A stretch of 64,000 nt of DNA. It comes from Tubulanus polymorphus (taxonomy: Eukaryota > Animalia > Nemertea). The first letter of the stretch is position 1. Each line of letters opens with the position of its first letter. The translations under genes and the position numbers were made by a program. This document shows, one piece after another, positions 1-13,510 of the stretch. Below the pieces are notes generated by a model, which did not search any database, was not told the origin of the DNA, and was given only the letters and a program-made list of their open reading frames with translations. The stretch is taken from the NCBI RefSeq assembly GCF_964204645.1, contig NC_134031.1, positions 18,917,910-18,981,909 on the forward strand. The letters are read 5' to 3'.

Positions 1-2483
1 TAGTCGGGTATTTATACATCGGTGAACAGGGCTTTAAAAACGCGCGCACCGCAAAACAAGCCCGTATTTTCATTAAAGCAAAACGATTTTCTCAAGGATT
101 AAGACGATCTTAGCGCGACATTGTGAGAAACTCTTTTTTACGATCCGGAGTAGTTTCTCTTTGTTATCGCGACGATAAAACAACGAACGGCGCGACAACA
201 AATTCAAACTGTCCAGATGGAAGAGTAATCCTGTGAATATTGACGAGTGAGTTTATGGGTTCGAGTTGTCAGTGTTTCGGTCGTGTTTACATGTGCTACA
301 ATCATTTGCTTTACGGCAGTTTCGCATAAAAGAAAGCAGCGATAAAAACTGATGATCAGCAGGCGACTTCAACCAGAACTCGAGACGCTGTTGTTAAATG
401 GATCGGTTTTTATCGGGTCAGCGGCACCAACTACGGAAATAGGTTCTTAAACATGATTTATCTGGATTGAGTTCCGCGTAGTTTTTGACCTCAAGGAACT
501 CGAGCCTGATTTATGAGGGCCCTGGTGCTGCATCAACTAACCCCGCTAGATGGCGTTCGTAGCGATACGACAACGCGGTCAAAATCGACTTCATTTTCAT
601 TTTCTAGATTTTCAGCCAGCCATTATCAGAAATCTAGGAATCAGAAGATAGATCATCGCCGTTTTAAACTCAAGACCCTCTCTTTCCCCCTTAAATTCAA
701 GTACCAACTCTCACCCCTGCAAAAATCAAGAACCTTCCCTCACCCCTGTTAAGTCTAGAAACTCTCCTCACTCTATGTACATTCTTGTAATAAAGACCAA
801 GTACAGAGCCATATACAGTAACTATATAGATGAAAATGTATTGTCCTGCAAATCAATTAAGTAAATGGTCCATTAGATAAAGTAGTCCATTATGTTCATG
901 TTACTCTGACTCGCATCATAAACTACCATCGTCAGTAAAAACAGTAGACTTTAACTCTTCATCGTGACCTTCACTTACAGTCTTATTAATGATACCAGGG
1001 ATGCAGGGGTAATCTTAGACTGGGATATTGGAATGTCGAGCTCTAGAACTATGGAACGAACATTTTGGGACTGATTGTCCAGTCCACGAGACCCGTTCCA
1101 GGGCGCTCAGTTAAATTTGGATTTACGTCATCTAAAATTTGATCGGTTTGAGAAATTCGGATGTTCTAATATCATATTTCCATGTAGAGCGGATTCCAAG
1201 TATATTTTTGAGTGCCGCTGCAGCCATGATCCCGAGTATACCTGAGTCTCGCTACAGCCTCTAGATCCCGAGTTAACGACAGATGTCGATTTGCTCGTAA
1301 ACCTGACTGCTGTATGTGCAATCGAGAGAAGACAATAGAGTGATGAGTGATTTATGGAATTTATACCGGGCACAGTTTGGATGTTATATAATTCAGATCG
1401 GATCAGTTCAGTGTAGTGTGAGTAATTGATAGTAAGGTTCCGATCAGTGAACGGGTTTTATCGGTATTTATGCCGTGTCTGACTCTAACTCGCTGTGGAA
1501 TGTGTGTCGCCGGCCGTAAATCGAATTATTACTTCTATCATCGACGTGAACGTCTCGGAACCTCGGGCAATGCTGCATAACACGTGACATCCTTTTCTAG
1601 TTAGAAATCATAGAAATCATGGGGAAAATTTACAACAATAAATGAGCTACATCTTGGTTTGTAGGGGTAGTGTACAATTCTAGCGCCTGGAAAACTTTAA
1701 TTTTGGATGGAGAACCCTCGGATCAGGCTATAGTTTCAGGGTAAACCGAGAATAAGTTGTTTTTGAGCATCTTCGGTTCAATTAGAACTTAATTGGAAGA
1801 TTTTGATAAAGTTTAAGATTTCTCGTCAAGTCATCGAAGGTGATCCCAACATTTAGTGAAAAGTCTTAAATTAACAAATCCACTACGTCGTCCCATCCTG
1901 TTTTGTGGAAGATTTCGGTGCATTCATTGTGTGGAAAAAACACGAACACCGAACTAACAGAATAATTTTTCAACGAAAGGAAATTTCGTAAGTTTCTTCT
2001 TAAAATACAACATCGTTTTGACACGTTCCTTCAATGCAAGCTATGAAACTGGCCCTTAAATTAGGCCATTGAAAGTGACGTCATATCGAAATCGCAGACG
2101 ATATACCGCCGTGAACGGTCGATCAGACAAATTTAGAAAAATCTAATTCGAATCGTTCGACTACAAAAGAATTAAAATCCGATTTACTCGAAATCGTCTT
2201 TTACTAAACGATATAAAATCGCGCGCACACAGTTCGTCGCGACATCATTGTCTCTTACGGTTCACGGTAAATTACATCAAATACCGCGTCCCTTAAATAC
2301 CAGAGTCGAAATTGAAAGTCAATAACGTCTTTAATATCGCCACGAAATCCAATAGAATGAAATTATGAATCGCGCGCGCATCGAGATGCCTAAAAATTCG
2401 CCAGCGGGTATCCGTAGTAAAATCACTGCAAGCTGTGCCGTGCACTGAGACCAAGAGTAGACAGAACCAGTTACATAATGTAT

Positions 2484-2585
<102 letters not shown>

Positions 2586-5280
2586 ACCCCTCGGGACACG
2601 AATGACAATAATGTCGGATTATATTGATGTTGAAGACATCGCACAGTTAGCTGTAGGACCGCTCGCTCTCTCTCCCTCTTTCTCTAAGTCTGTAGCTGAC
2701 ATCTTAATATTGTCCGCCTTATACTCACTACCTGAATGAATAAAGGCGCACGATGCATTCCTGGCGAGTAGCAACCAGTGAATTAATTAGAAATAGTAAA
2801 TATCTGACTCACTGACTCTCACTAACCCGTACCCTAGCGCAGGGTGACCAGACAATTTTTGTCTGGAAATTGTCTTCGATTTCTATTTTTGTGGAAATGA
2901 ACAATGCCGTAAATCGTTCTATTCGACTTACCTACACTGGCTAGTAGGCTGAAATCTTTAGGTTCCAATATCTGTAAGTATGAAAATGAAATTTCTGTAA
3001 GTTATTGACTTAAACAGTATGCATATGATAATATCAATAAGTTTCCGCGGCAGCTTTCCAGCCTTACATAAACAGAATTTGTGATTGACCGTCAACACTA
3101 TTCCCATCTTTCAACTGATGCGCAATTTGTGGAACCAAACAAAATGAGGTTGCCATCTACCGGGAAGCTGGAGAACTGAGATGAGATGTCAGAGATGCGG
3201 GGATGATTCCGCTGTATTCAGATAGATGGTGATCGCAGCACATTCATCGCAAATACAGGTCATCGTATCAACAGAAACGATACTAGTGTTCAACTTTACA
3301 ATCTCGATGGATGACACGCTTCCTGAATTCACCAGGTATCTGAATCCATAAAACTATAAACTCCATACGTTCATTCAGTCTTTCTTTTCACTTAATATTT
3401 GGATCCAGTTTCAGAGTTAAGGTTTAAGTCCAAAAGTGATCTTAAATCATGAGACTCAATAATTTGATAGGCAATAGAGACTCGTCTTATAATTAAAGAA
3501 TTGCTACCGAACCAAAATTACCTTAGACCGATCTTAGGTTATAAGGTTCTTTCTAGAACCAAGAAGCGGTTTGAAAGGGTAGCCCAACTAAGCTTTGGTC
3601 AAGTATCCTTATGTTTACGTCTAATTAGACCAATCTAAAGTATACGAAGTGCTTCGAACCAATCGTGCGTTATATTACAAATATCAGAATCATTACAAGA
3701 CACGCATTCGTCAGATATAAGCCTCTCTTCAGTGTGTACTACGTGTATCTCTTCATTTCAAGTAGCATTTTCTCTTTTGTCATTTATGTCTTTCTAGCAT
3801 TTTTTCGGTATTATTGCCATCTCGCGTGGTATTTCGATTTGGTAAATAACAATCCAATAAAATCGTCTGCGAACTATCTAAACCGCTCTTTCTTTCTCTC
3901 TCTTTCTCTCTCTCTTCTCTATCCCCTCTCTCCCTTCCGACTTCATCTTTCATATCGAATACAGACATACAGTCTCTTAGTGACGTCACTGATAGTCGGA
4001 AACATATTGGAAAAGTCATATAGCGCCGTATTAGTTCTATATGAGATATTGGCAGAATCCTGATTGATTGAGCTCACAGATATAGTGCTCAACCATACGA
4101 TATACTAAAAAGAAAGGTTTACTACACCGAATCCTCTCGCCATTTTCTGGTTTAGCCTCTCGTTATATCAACACACAAAAGTACAATCCTCCTCGACTTC
4201 CAAAGCAAGTCCAGTTTATCCAAGCAACGGCTAGAAGATATTTGTTAAATCGGGACTCTCGAAGTCGTGGTATGGAATTATGGCTCAAAGGCAAACATAT
4301 TCTGAATCAATAGTATACAAATTGTGAACTGCCTTGCTATCAGAGTCAGAGTTTTTATCTTCTCTCGCTAGCGAAATTGAGCAATAGCGACTGTGGGTTG
4401 AATGGAATGAGAGTTGAATTGATATTTTCCCGATCGTGTTGGTTGCTTATGGCCATGCCGTTTCTCACACGCGGCTACATTACAATCTCCGACAAAACGA
4501 GAACAGAAAATATATTTTCCGATCATCATCGGGCAGCGCGTAATGAAAGAAAAATAACCGCCGCAGGCTAGCTACAGGTAGATAACTCATACTTCCATCA
4601 TAGAAAACCATAAAAAAAATGACGGCGGCGATGAGAACGCGTGGTGAAAGAGCTTTACACGATTCGATTGTTCCTCGAATGCCATTAGATCTATAAGCCG
4701 ACTAGAGGCGACATTCATTAGAATTAGCGCTCAGAACTCTGCTGAAAGAAACCAACTGACTGTTTGTCATTACGGGTAGATTTTACGGCGGGGAATTTCA
4801 CCGCGATTTTCATTTGAAGTGTGGCGGCGGCGACGAGGTGCAGTTCTCTGTGAAAGCGCCTTACTGGTAACGACATGTATCTCGCTGTCGTTTGGCTGAA
4901 GATGTAACGTGTCACTGGAGGTAATTCCAATCCGTAAAACGAAACCGAACTAATTTCAATGTATCCTGCTGTGACGTAGTCTTTTTTATTTATCGCATGA
5001 AAGTAATAATTATTTCGTGAAGAGGATATTCCCCAGGGTCCACACAGTTGCGCAGTCAACACACAAGTACAAAGTCTTTTGGTTTCAACTCGGATATAGA
5101 CACAAGAATGGCTTAGACCTAACTAACTGACACCTGTTGTTCGACTTATTTTACATCTATTATTTTTCCTGCGAGGGATATTCTAATCAATAATAAAAGT
5201 TGCCTGAGGACAGTCGAAAACAGAGAGGAGGACAGTGTCAGGGCATGCTGTATTTAACCACTGGCCAAATGGACTAGTTC

Positions 5281-5332
5281 TGGTCTACTGGCTAGCACGC
5301 TTGCTGTCCCGGGTCCGATCCCCGGCGAGTGC
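5281..5332 (+). mobile_element. Decayed tRNA-derived SINE head
   Basis: TGGTCTACTGGCTAGCACGC (A-box-like) followed by CCGGGTCCGATCCCCGG (T-arm-like). Confidence 0.45.
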
Positions 5333-6310
5333 GTGTTATTTCACTGAAACTTCTCCTAGTCGTTACATCAAGATTTTGTGGATCCAATGCATACCGAATA
5401 CTGAATAACAAAACAGTTATTTTCATCGTAGCTCCAAGGAAACAACGCGTTCAAACTAGCGCAAGAATGATAATTAACTGACGTTTATCGCCGACAGGCT
5501 TCAGTGTTATCAGAGAACAAAATAACCGCCATTTTCTGATGATGTTTAATAGTTTTTGACAAGTCGGATGTCGCCGAGCGGCTCCTTTCATCCGCTTCGA
5601 CGACGAGGCGGACACGGACTAGGATAACACTAAACGACGGTGTTTAATTAGTTGAGACGGAATGGGACGCGGGTAACATGAAATAACCGCCACCAACTGA
5701 TGCTGCCTATAAAGAGGTGATATCCATTATTTTTGGTAGACGAAATTTCATCATAAGAGCCTTTCTGGTTTACATATGCTGGAGACTATGAAACTACTTA
5801 GCGATAGGCTTGACCATGTCGAGTTCTTGCGAGCATAAGCTGCAGATTGACTTCGGACAGGTTGTGGACGGCTTGCTCTGATCGATAGGATGAACACACG
5901 TATATAGCCCCTCCCCTCGTAATGTTCGGTATTGACGCTGAGAATTATGAAAAAGTCGCGGAATCGATGAGTTTGTAATTTGAAACGCGTTCAGAAGCAA
6001 CTATACGAGTCGGTGATGGTGCAGATCAATTGAATTACTGATGTTTGTCTTTACCGTACGCAGAGAGAGTTCTCTGCTATATAATCAATCCATATCAGAT
6101 CTATTACTAAAACGACTGAACGATCATCAGTAGCGCACTGAGTTCTGTGCGAGACATAGCAATAATCTCGAAAAATGAAATTCGTTTTTTGCGGTCTATA
6201 AACTGAGACCTGGTATCCCTCACGGTGACTATATGTATACGGTCTCTCTATACCGGTGCACTTTTTGAAGGATCTAAGACATCCACGACTTTTGGCCGTT
6301 TTACAACCAG

Positions 6311-6417
6311 GATCCAGTTCCACAGTTCTGAGTTAAATTTCACTCTTGAGTTAAAACATTGAAATGAACTGATTTTAACTCAGAGTTAACTCTAACTCAC
6401 AACTGTGGAACCGGCCC
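6311..6417. mobile_element. MITE of the same family as 63258-63365
   Basis: GATCCAGTTCCACAGTT...AACTGTGGAACCGGCCC, colinear interior (GAGTTAA, AAATGAACT, GTTAACTCTAACTCAC), flanked by CAG and CTG. Confidence 0.8.
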
Positions 6418-6612
6418 CTGATGACCGATGGTTACGGAGCGCCACGGTGAGAGGGAAGGGGAACAGGAACCCGTGAAGGGAGCTTTCATGTAAATATGTA
6501 TTTTAATGTTTGCATTAACGTGTGTTTTGTTCAAGCTGCGCACACGGCTGTTGCCAGACCATATCAATCGAATGGTCATTTTAAATTCCAACCCAATGAT
6601 TGTTGCCATGTG

Positions 6613-6703
6613 CCCTCGATAGCTCAGTTGGTAGAGCGGAGGACTGTAGAGTCGTGACAGAATTGATATCCTTAGGTCGCTGGTTCAAATCCGGCTCGAG
6701 GGA
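6613..6703 (+). tRNA. tRNA-Tyr: tRNA-Tyr(GTA) with an 18-nt intron (6650-6667)
   Basis: Acceptor stem CCCTCGA/TCGAGGG plus discriminator A. A box TAGCTCAGTTGG, anticodon GTA at 6646-6648, intron after position 37, B box GGTTCAAATCC. The exons sum to 73 nt, and T runs follow. Confidence 0.97.
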
Positions 6704-6706
6704 GAA

Positions 6707-6725
6707 TTTTCTTGATTTTTTTTTT
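6707..6725 (+). terminator. Pol III oligo-T terminator of tRNA-Tyr copy 1
   Basis: T4 at 6707-6710 and T10 at 6716-6725, just 3' of the tRNA. Confidence 0.8.
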
Positions 6726-9700
6726 CACACGCTTTGCATATTTTCTTTTCTAAATATCACCACAAGGAAATTGAGATAGCGTAAAACTATTTCTGCACCG
6801 AAGTCACGTCCGTGTAACTGGAACCAGGGGATAGGAATTTACCTCGGGGACTTAATTTATGTTCGGTATAAGGACGGTGAATACAGCAACGTGATCTCAG
6901 AGCACTGAATCATCACTGATAAATTTTTATTAACCGATGCAGCGCGCGCGGCATCGCATAAAAAATTGGCGACCAAATTGACGAGGTGCATCATAGGCGA
7001 CGTTAATACAAGTAAATGCAAAATCAACAAGGCATCAATTTCTCAGCAGCTACAGCAACAGAGTCTGTCATCATCGTCGTCATGTGTGTAGAACTTGTTG
7101 CGCATGTTGTGTAATGAATTCAATCTGCCACAGACGGCATTTAACGGAACTCGATAAAGCCGGGTAATGCATGAATTAATGAACAAGTCAACCCGTTCTA
7201 TAACGTAAACACAATAGCGGCACGAACGCTAATTCGATGAGTAAGTTAATTATTTTTTTATCATCTCGCCGTACATAGTACCGTGTGCCGTCGTGTGCGG
7301 CTAGGGAAGCCCGTCGCACCCGGTCCGCGTGACTTCAAAAAGGAAGACATAGGCCGGCGACACGAAGACGATTCGATGATATTGACAGAAATGAAGATTC
7401 AATAGATTCACAACCGAGGATGGTCTCTAGACAGTGTGTTTTAATTTAAACTTAGAATCTATTCTCCGCGTCCTTAACTTAGAATCTATTCTCCGCGTTC
7501 AAGAGTGTGGCTATTCTATTAAAACCCGTTTATAGTCTCCACTGCTTAATATTAAAATATTTTATTTAACTTCATTTTCTAAAATGTATATGATAAATTG
7601 TAATATTTAGTGGAAATAAATAAACATATATTTAAAATTCATTTGGCTACAAAATGCTCATTAACCAAATTCTTACGGGTGAAGTTTTAGTGTATTCTCC
7701 TCATCCTGACTGATCACTGAAGTAGTAAAAACTCGTTACTAAAAATACCTTAAACACTCGACGACAGCTTAAAACATATCCACAACGAATATTACATTAT
7801 TACTTATTGACGTGTTGCATAAATCGACAGAACGACAGGAAGATGAAATCTGCCTTCTTGCGTTACGATCATATCATGTCGACCGTACATCAAAGGAATA
7901 CTTCAAAAGGCTTACGCGTAATCCTTCCACGGTCGTCCATTAGAAAATCTCTACCGCCGCTACACAAGACTGCACGACTCCATCCGTTCTGTCCGCCTTA
8001 CCATCCAACGGTCAGGACAGCCTAGTTTCATTGTTGATTCTGACCCAATGATCACTCGATCTTTGTCTATTGGATGTGCCCCTGACAAACCCATACCGCA
8101 CCTGTCTGGAAAGAATCAGGGTCAAATTCTAACGGAACCTGGTCCAGCTTTAGATGGCCTTTCTGTTAATATCTCTATAATCAATTCGAAGCGTTACCAG
8201 TGGTGGAGATCATAGGCAGATTCTGTTGTTGAGATGGTTACAGTAAAAAACCAAGTCACCTTATATGGAAAAGGAGGTATAAATTCCTGCGAGAGAGGAA
8301 TTTTAGCTTTAGTCGTAACCCGAATGACCTTGACCTTTCTATTACTTCCGGTTTGGTCGGCGGCGGTATTCGGTGTTATTTTTTGTTCGTTGGTGCGGGC
8401 GATCATTTTGACGTTTAGTTTTAGCATCGCCGCAGTGAGGGAGGCAATGAAAGAGAGTGAGGGGAGAGCCAGAGAGCCGGAGAATGACGGAGACCACCAC
8501 CGAGGCACTAATCAAATAGTGACCGACTTGATCGAATAAACTGAGAGAAAAGATGCCGCTGAAACGACGAGCAGTCGAATATCGCGATAAGACGTTATGC
8601 GTTTATTAATGATGATATCTGATGTAACGACAGCAGGATAGGAATCAGTAAAAGCTGATAGATTATGCCATTCAATGTTCGAATAATCGCGTATCGTAAA
8701 TCGGTAATTTGCGTTTCGTACACTTTAACTGAATCGGAAATTGTTTTCTTTCGATTTCGTCAACGACGTGACAATGATTTTAATACAAAACTCTAACAGA
8801 TGAATAATTACACTCTATGATTAATTGATCCTGGATGAGAGTGACGAGATGTCAGAATCCGAGGAATCGCAACGTTATACACCTTAAATCTACTGTATCC
8901 TTCAACAACACAATTCATTATCCATCGCATCTCGTGAATTACGAATTATTCTATCATTAGATATTTCATTCGGGCGCGTGGAGCCCATTCAATTGTCTAC
9001 AGCCGTATTTGGCTGATCATAATGATATCCGGCTTCTATTCGTAAAACTATAACGTTTTTAGGCCTACATTTTTGTAACACTTTATATGGAAAATAACTG
9101 TCTATTTATCGACATCTCGTTCAATGTTGTTCATTCATTTCCCCATATACTTACAAATGTACATGTATATTGTACACATATGATAATTGAAAAGAAATCG
9201 AAGACAGCTTAGATTTTGAGTAAAGAATTTCCTAATGAACACCAGTAAGCAAAAAATTGAAGAATCACTACATGACAAGGATTTAGGATAGTCCAGTTGG
9301 AGCTTAGAGAAATAAACCTCAATTCTACAATATTTGACTCAGATGTATATGACTGGTCGACTTGCGGTGTTAGCTATCAAAAATGAAATTTATCATTCAA
9401 AATGATAGCCCTGTATAAATGGCCGTCGCTCGAGAAGAAGGAGACATGCCAACTCGAGTTAAATAACTCATCATCGTAACCTCTTAGTTGTGCGCTGTAC
9501 GAGTCTATATGCGCGCTCAGCTACTCGACAACCACTAAATACATAAATGAATTCAATGCACAACTTGTCACAATTTACTTGTGAGACGAAGAAACGAAAT
9601 TCAATTTATTGCCGTCTTTCACCACAAGAGATGCTAATAGCTGACGTATACGAGACCTGACAATATTACGACTACGCACTCCGAGATGGCTGTTCATATA

Positions 9701-10770
9701 GCAACATATACAGACACTCAACAAGTTGTTTTTATATTTTGAGAAGGTCTCGTGTTAAATTAACGGGACGGTGATAGGACCTGGTTAACCGACAATGTCA
9801 GAATAAAATGCTTAGAGATCTTACACAAAATGACGTCATAATCTGTTCGTCAACATACCTGCCATACAATATAGACACTCAGGGGATTTACAAACTTTTT
9901 GGTGTAAAATATGTTTAATTTCGATAATTTCGATTTAAGAATACTCTTCTGGTGGATTCTTTTCTTCCCTCTCGCTTTTGAGGAATAGCATAACCTATAA
10001 ATCAGAAGAGAGTATGAAATCTGAGATTGATATGAACTGGAATACGTGCAATCGAAACCTGCCTTCATTCTAGATTGGAATTAGGCTTCCCAAATTTGGT
10101 TCGTCGATGAACTATGGCATCTCCACCTCTTTTAGGACTGATAGTAAGATCACTTAAAGCGTTCCTAGTTCTCATAGGTCAACACGAGATTCATGTTGCA
10201 CTTCACCAATCAGAGCATCTTTTAGATTACACATGGCCACTTGTTCTAACTTACAGACCGTAACAAATATTCTGATTAAGTCAATCTATACAATGTATGT
10301 ATAAGTATTAGATTCCGATGTTGAGTTCAGTGGCTGTAAAGGTAAAAAGTTCAACGAAAACTACGAGAAGAGGAGCTCAGCCCTGTCCGCACATTGCATT
10401 TAGAAGGCATAAAGAAACTGAATATTCTCCCGGGTATTAATAAGTAACCGGCTGTGAGTAACTCATAGAATTCTATACCGAGTCCTGATCTCAGCTACAG
10501 GTCATCAGCGAGTCGACTGTCAGTGGTACTCCGCGCCAGTTTCTATACGCATTCCGAAATCACTTCTGGCGTCGGAAATACAAGGATCGCGCAACGTCTG
10601 AAATCGGAGTTTCGAATCAATCCACAAATCGTGGCCGACATCTTGACACCTCCGCCCTTCTTCGTTTCTCTTCACCCGACCACCATCTTCGAGCGATTGA
10701 CCTCGGGCCCGACACAACTCCTGGATACGACAATCTATACATCCATCACTTTATACAGTCACAAAATATG

Positions 10771-10877
10771 AAATCCCACACTAAGAGATAAAAAGTGAGT
10801 CCGAAATGTTTCCTTGACCTATAGTATAGCTTATTTCAAGTTTCGACTTTATTGTAATAGTCCATTTAAGGAATACT
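10771..10877 (-). mobile_element. Degenerate family A PLE-like remnant
   Basis: AAATCCCACA...AGTCCGAAA...TTATTTCAAGTTTCGACT...TAATAGTC...GGAATACT, colinear with 60531-60628. The hammerhead core is mutated. Confidence 0.6.
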
Positions 10878-11339
10878 CAACCCCACACAGCTCCTGATCT
10901 TACCAGTATCAGTCGCTGTCACTAATAAAGATGCTCGTCCCGTCCCAAATCAAATCAACACAAGTTGCATCTGCGTAAAACATTGAGTAAATTCGAATGT
11001 ATATTTTTCGGATATGCATTTACAAGTGAATCGATGAGTTTAGAAACCGTTGTTCGTTTGGATGATTTCATCTTCCTCTCTTTTTTCGAATGACGGGAAT
11101 TTCGACATCAAAGGCGACATTTTTATAATACAGAATCTTTTCATACTTCATAATTGAATTGCTGTGTATCATTGAATCATTGCGGGTAGACTTTTTCATG
11201 CCTGATCTTTCTCTTTGATCAACGACGACGACGACGATATTAAGAATATGTTGTTACATTCATTGCCTTCAGGCATTTTGATTCAGATTTGAAAATTTTT
11301 GAAAATGTTCAATTTCATACACTGCAGATTGTGAAAGTT

Positions 11340-11672
11340 CATGGAATCGAATCAAATTCAACTGCGACTGTGGGAACTGAATCCAGTTAAACCAACAAAA
11401 TAGTGGAACTGGGTCCAGAATGAAATTAAACCCACACAACTGTGAAACTGGGTCCAGAGTTGAATTGAATCCACACAACTGTGAAACTGGGTCCAGAGTC
11501 AAATCAAACCCACACAACACTGTTGAACTGGATTTGGAGTCAAAATTTAACCCACACAACTATGGAACTGGGTCCAGAGTCAAATTAAATCCACACAACA
11601 CTGTTGAACTAGGTTTGGAGTCAAAATGTAACCCACACAACCGTGGAAGTGGATCCTGAGTCAAATTAAACT
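11340..11672 (-). repeat. Diverged array of the same ~39-bp unit, opposite orientation
   Basis: Repeated CCACACAACTGTGGAACTGGGTCCAGAGTCAAATTAAA variants, ~8 copies. Confidence 0.85.
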
Positions 11673-12060
11673 CTCAGATGTAGAACTGTGAATCGAGAAA
11701 AGCACCAGGAAACGAGGTTTGCTTGTTGCATGTCAGTTGACTATTATCTCTTAACGATATTTTCAGCTGCCTTTTACGAAGACTCGCTGCTAATGGCCTC
11801 CATTTCCCGCATCCTTTGATGGTTTCTAGTCAACCTGTGTTTATTGCCCAAGTTGTAATGAATTGCGGTTGAAAGGTAAAACAGACGCTGAAAGTTTTTC
11901 CTCTTGATCTCGCTGTTGCGTGTATATGCCGGTTACCACTAATCAGCGGAAGGACGACGTGTGTTTTTAGATGAAGATCGGGCAATATTCGATGCGCCTG
12001 CGCAGACGAAGAGCTATACTTCCGGTTTGAGACAGTAAAAATGTGATGATACCGGCAGTG

Positions 12061-12228
12061 TTCAGATATTACTCATTGGGCGACTAAGGGGGTCATCTTT
12101 TATAGCTCAGATATTGGGGACTTGACGGTCATCTCTTAGCGCTCAGATTTTTGAAGGACTGCGGACTATAAGAGCTCAGATTTTGGGGCGACTGGGGATC
12201 ATCTCAGAGCTCAGATTTAGGGCGACTG
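12061..12228 (+). repeat. Degenerate ~35-bp tandem repeat
   Basis: Five occurrences of (GC)TCAGAT.TT.GGG.GACT..GGTCATCT. Confidence 0.7.
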
Positions 12229-13496
12229 ATGCAGTATGGTAGCGGTCAGACAGGTCATCTATTTAGACCTCAGCTTCTCGATATTACAACCAGTGCCGCA
12301 ATCAATTCATCAGTCGTTTGGCGCACGTTCTAACCATCGGTAACCGAGTCGCTGAGCCAGAAACCAATCAATTCCGAGCAAATCTATATATCTCCGGGGA
12401 TTAACGCAACTCGTGTTTTGCAATTCGACGCACGGGAAATATCTAATATACCTGTTGCTACGGCTTTACTTTATAATCACACACGCTATTGCGTAAAAAT
12501 CGGCCGTACACAGAATATCCATGCATGCATAATATCTGCCAATGATAAATTCTTCTCCAGTGCGCGCAGTAAATGCGCCTTCCCGGACTTCTCGGTGTCT
12601 CTCTTTGTCGCGGTAACGGCTCGGAGAAAAACTCCATTACTCCAATCCGCTTTTTATTCAATTCCCAATGGTTTCTCTTTTTATGTGCTTTTTCCTAGCT
12701 GGTTTCCACCCTGTTTTAAGCGAACTAGGTTTCGGGCCACAAAACTCCCTAAAATCAAATGAGATTCTTACCTCTGTTACTGTTTAGTGTTGAATGCTTT
12801 TTACCTCGCGATATTCAAGTCTGAAATGAGAGAAAATTTGAAGAAAATTTTGAAAATTTGAAAATTGAGGCGACCGTTTCTCACGATAAACCTGTGGGGT
12901 CAGTCATGGCTTGGGGCCAGTCTAATATCAAGTTTTATAACCGATCTAACAACTTAAGACTATGCTTAGCAAGTTGGGGGTTGAGTGATAAATATTCAGT
13001 TAAAAAGGCAGGTAGAAAGATAGATTAATTTCACTGCAAATACACTCGCGGTTTCATAGAGGATTACAGGATTCACAAAAAAGCAATAAGTAAGATCGAC
13101 GGGAGCGCCTCCTGGTGACGCTGAATAGTGCAACTGTATCCGGTGAACAGGAAACCGGATGGTTTGAGTAAACCATATTCGCTAACGAACCTATTGGAAA
13201 CGTAATTACGCGTAAGAATGAATTTCAATTAGACATTTTAAGGAAATCTTCACAAACGTCATCAACGCCGCGATTCATTCATTCATTCATTCATTCGTTC
13301 ATCGGAGTACGCCGCCGAGTCGCTGCGCCTTTAGGAGGCTTCCTTCCCGCGGATCATCTCCGGCGTGGAGAAGCCAAACAAACCTGCTTCCTGGCGATAC
13401 CTTAAACAGCCCGACTAAACCGTAAACGCATTAAGGGCTATAGAGAACACTGGAGCACTGCGAAAAAAATATGCACAATTTCTGTTTTTCGAAACA

Positions 13497-13510
13497 GTTG
13501 CCATGGAAAC
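13497..13510. promoter_or_regulatory. RFX X-box consensus match
   Basis: GTTGCCATGGAAAC matches GTTNCCATGGNAAC. No target gene was identified. Confidence 0.3.

Noticed and set aside
10501-10790. GC-balanced segment open in several frames after an acceptor-like CTACAG
   Set aside because: No recognisable homology in any frame and no clear donor. It cannot be supported without BLASTX or RNA-seq.
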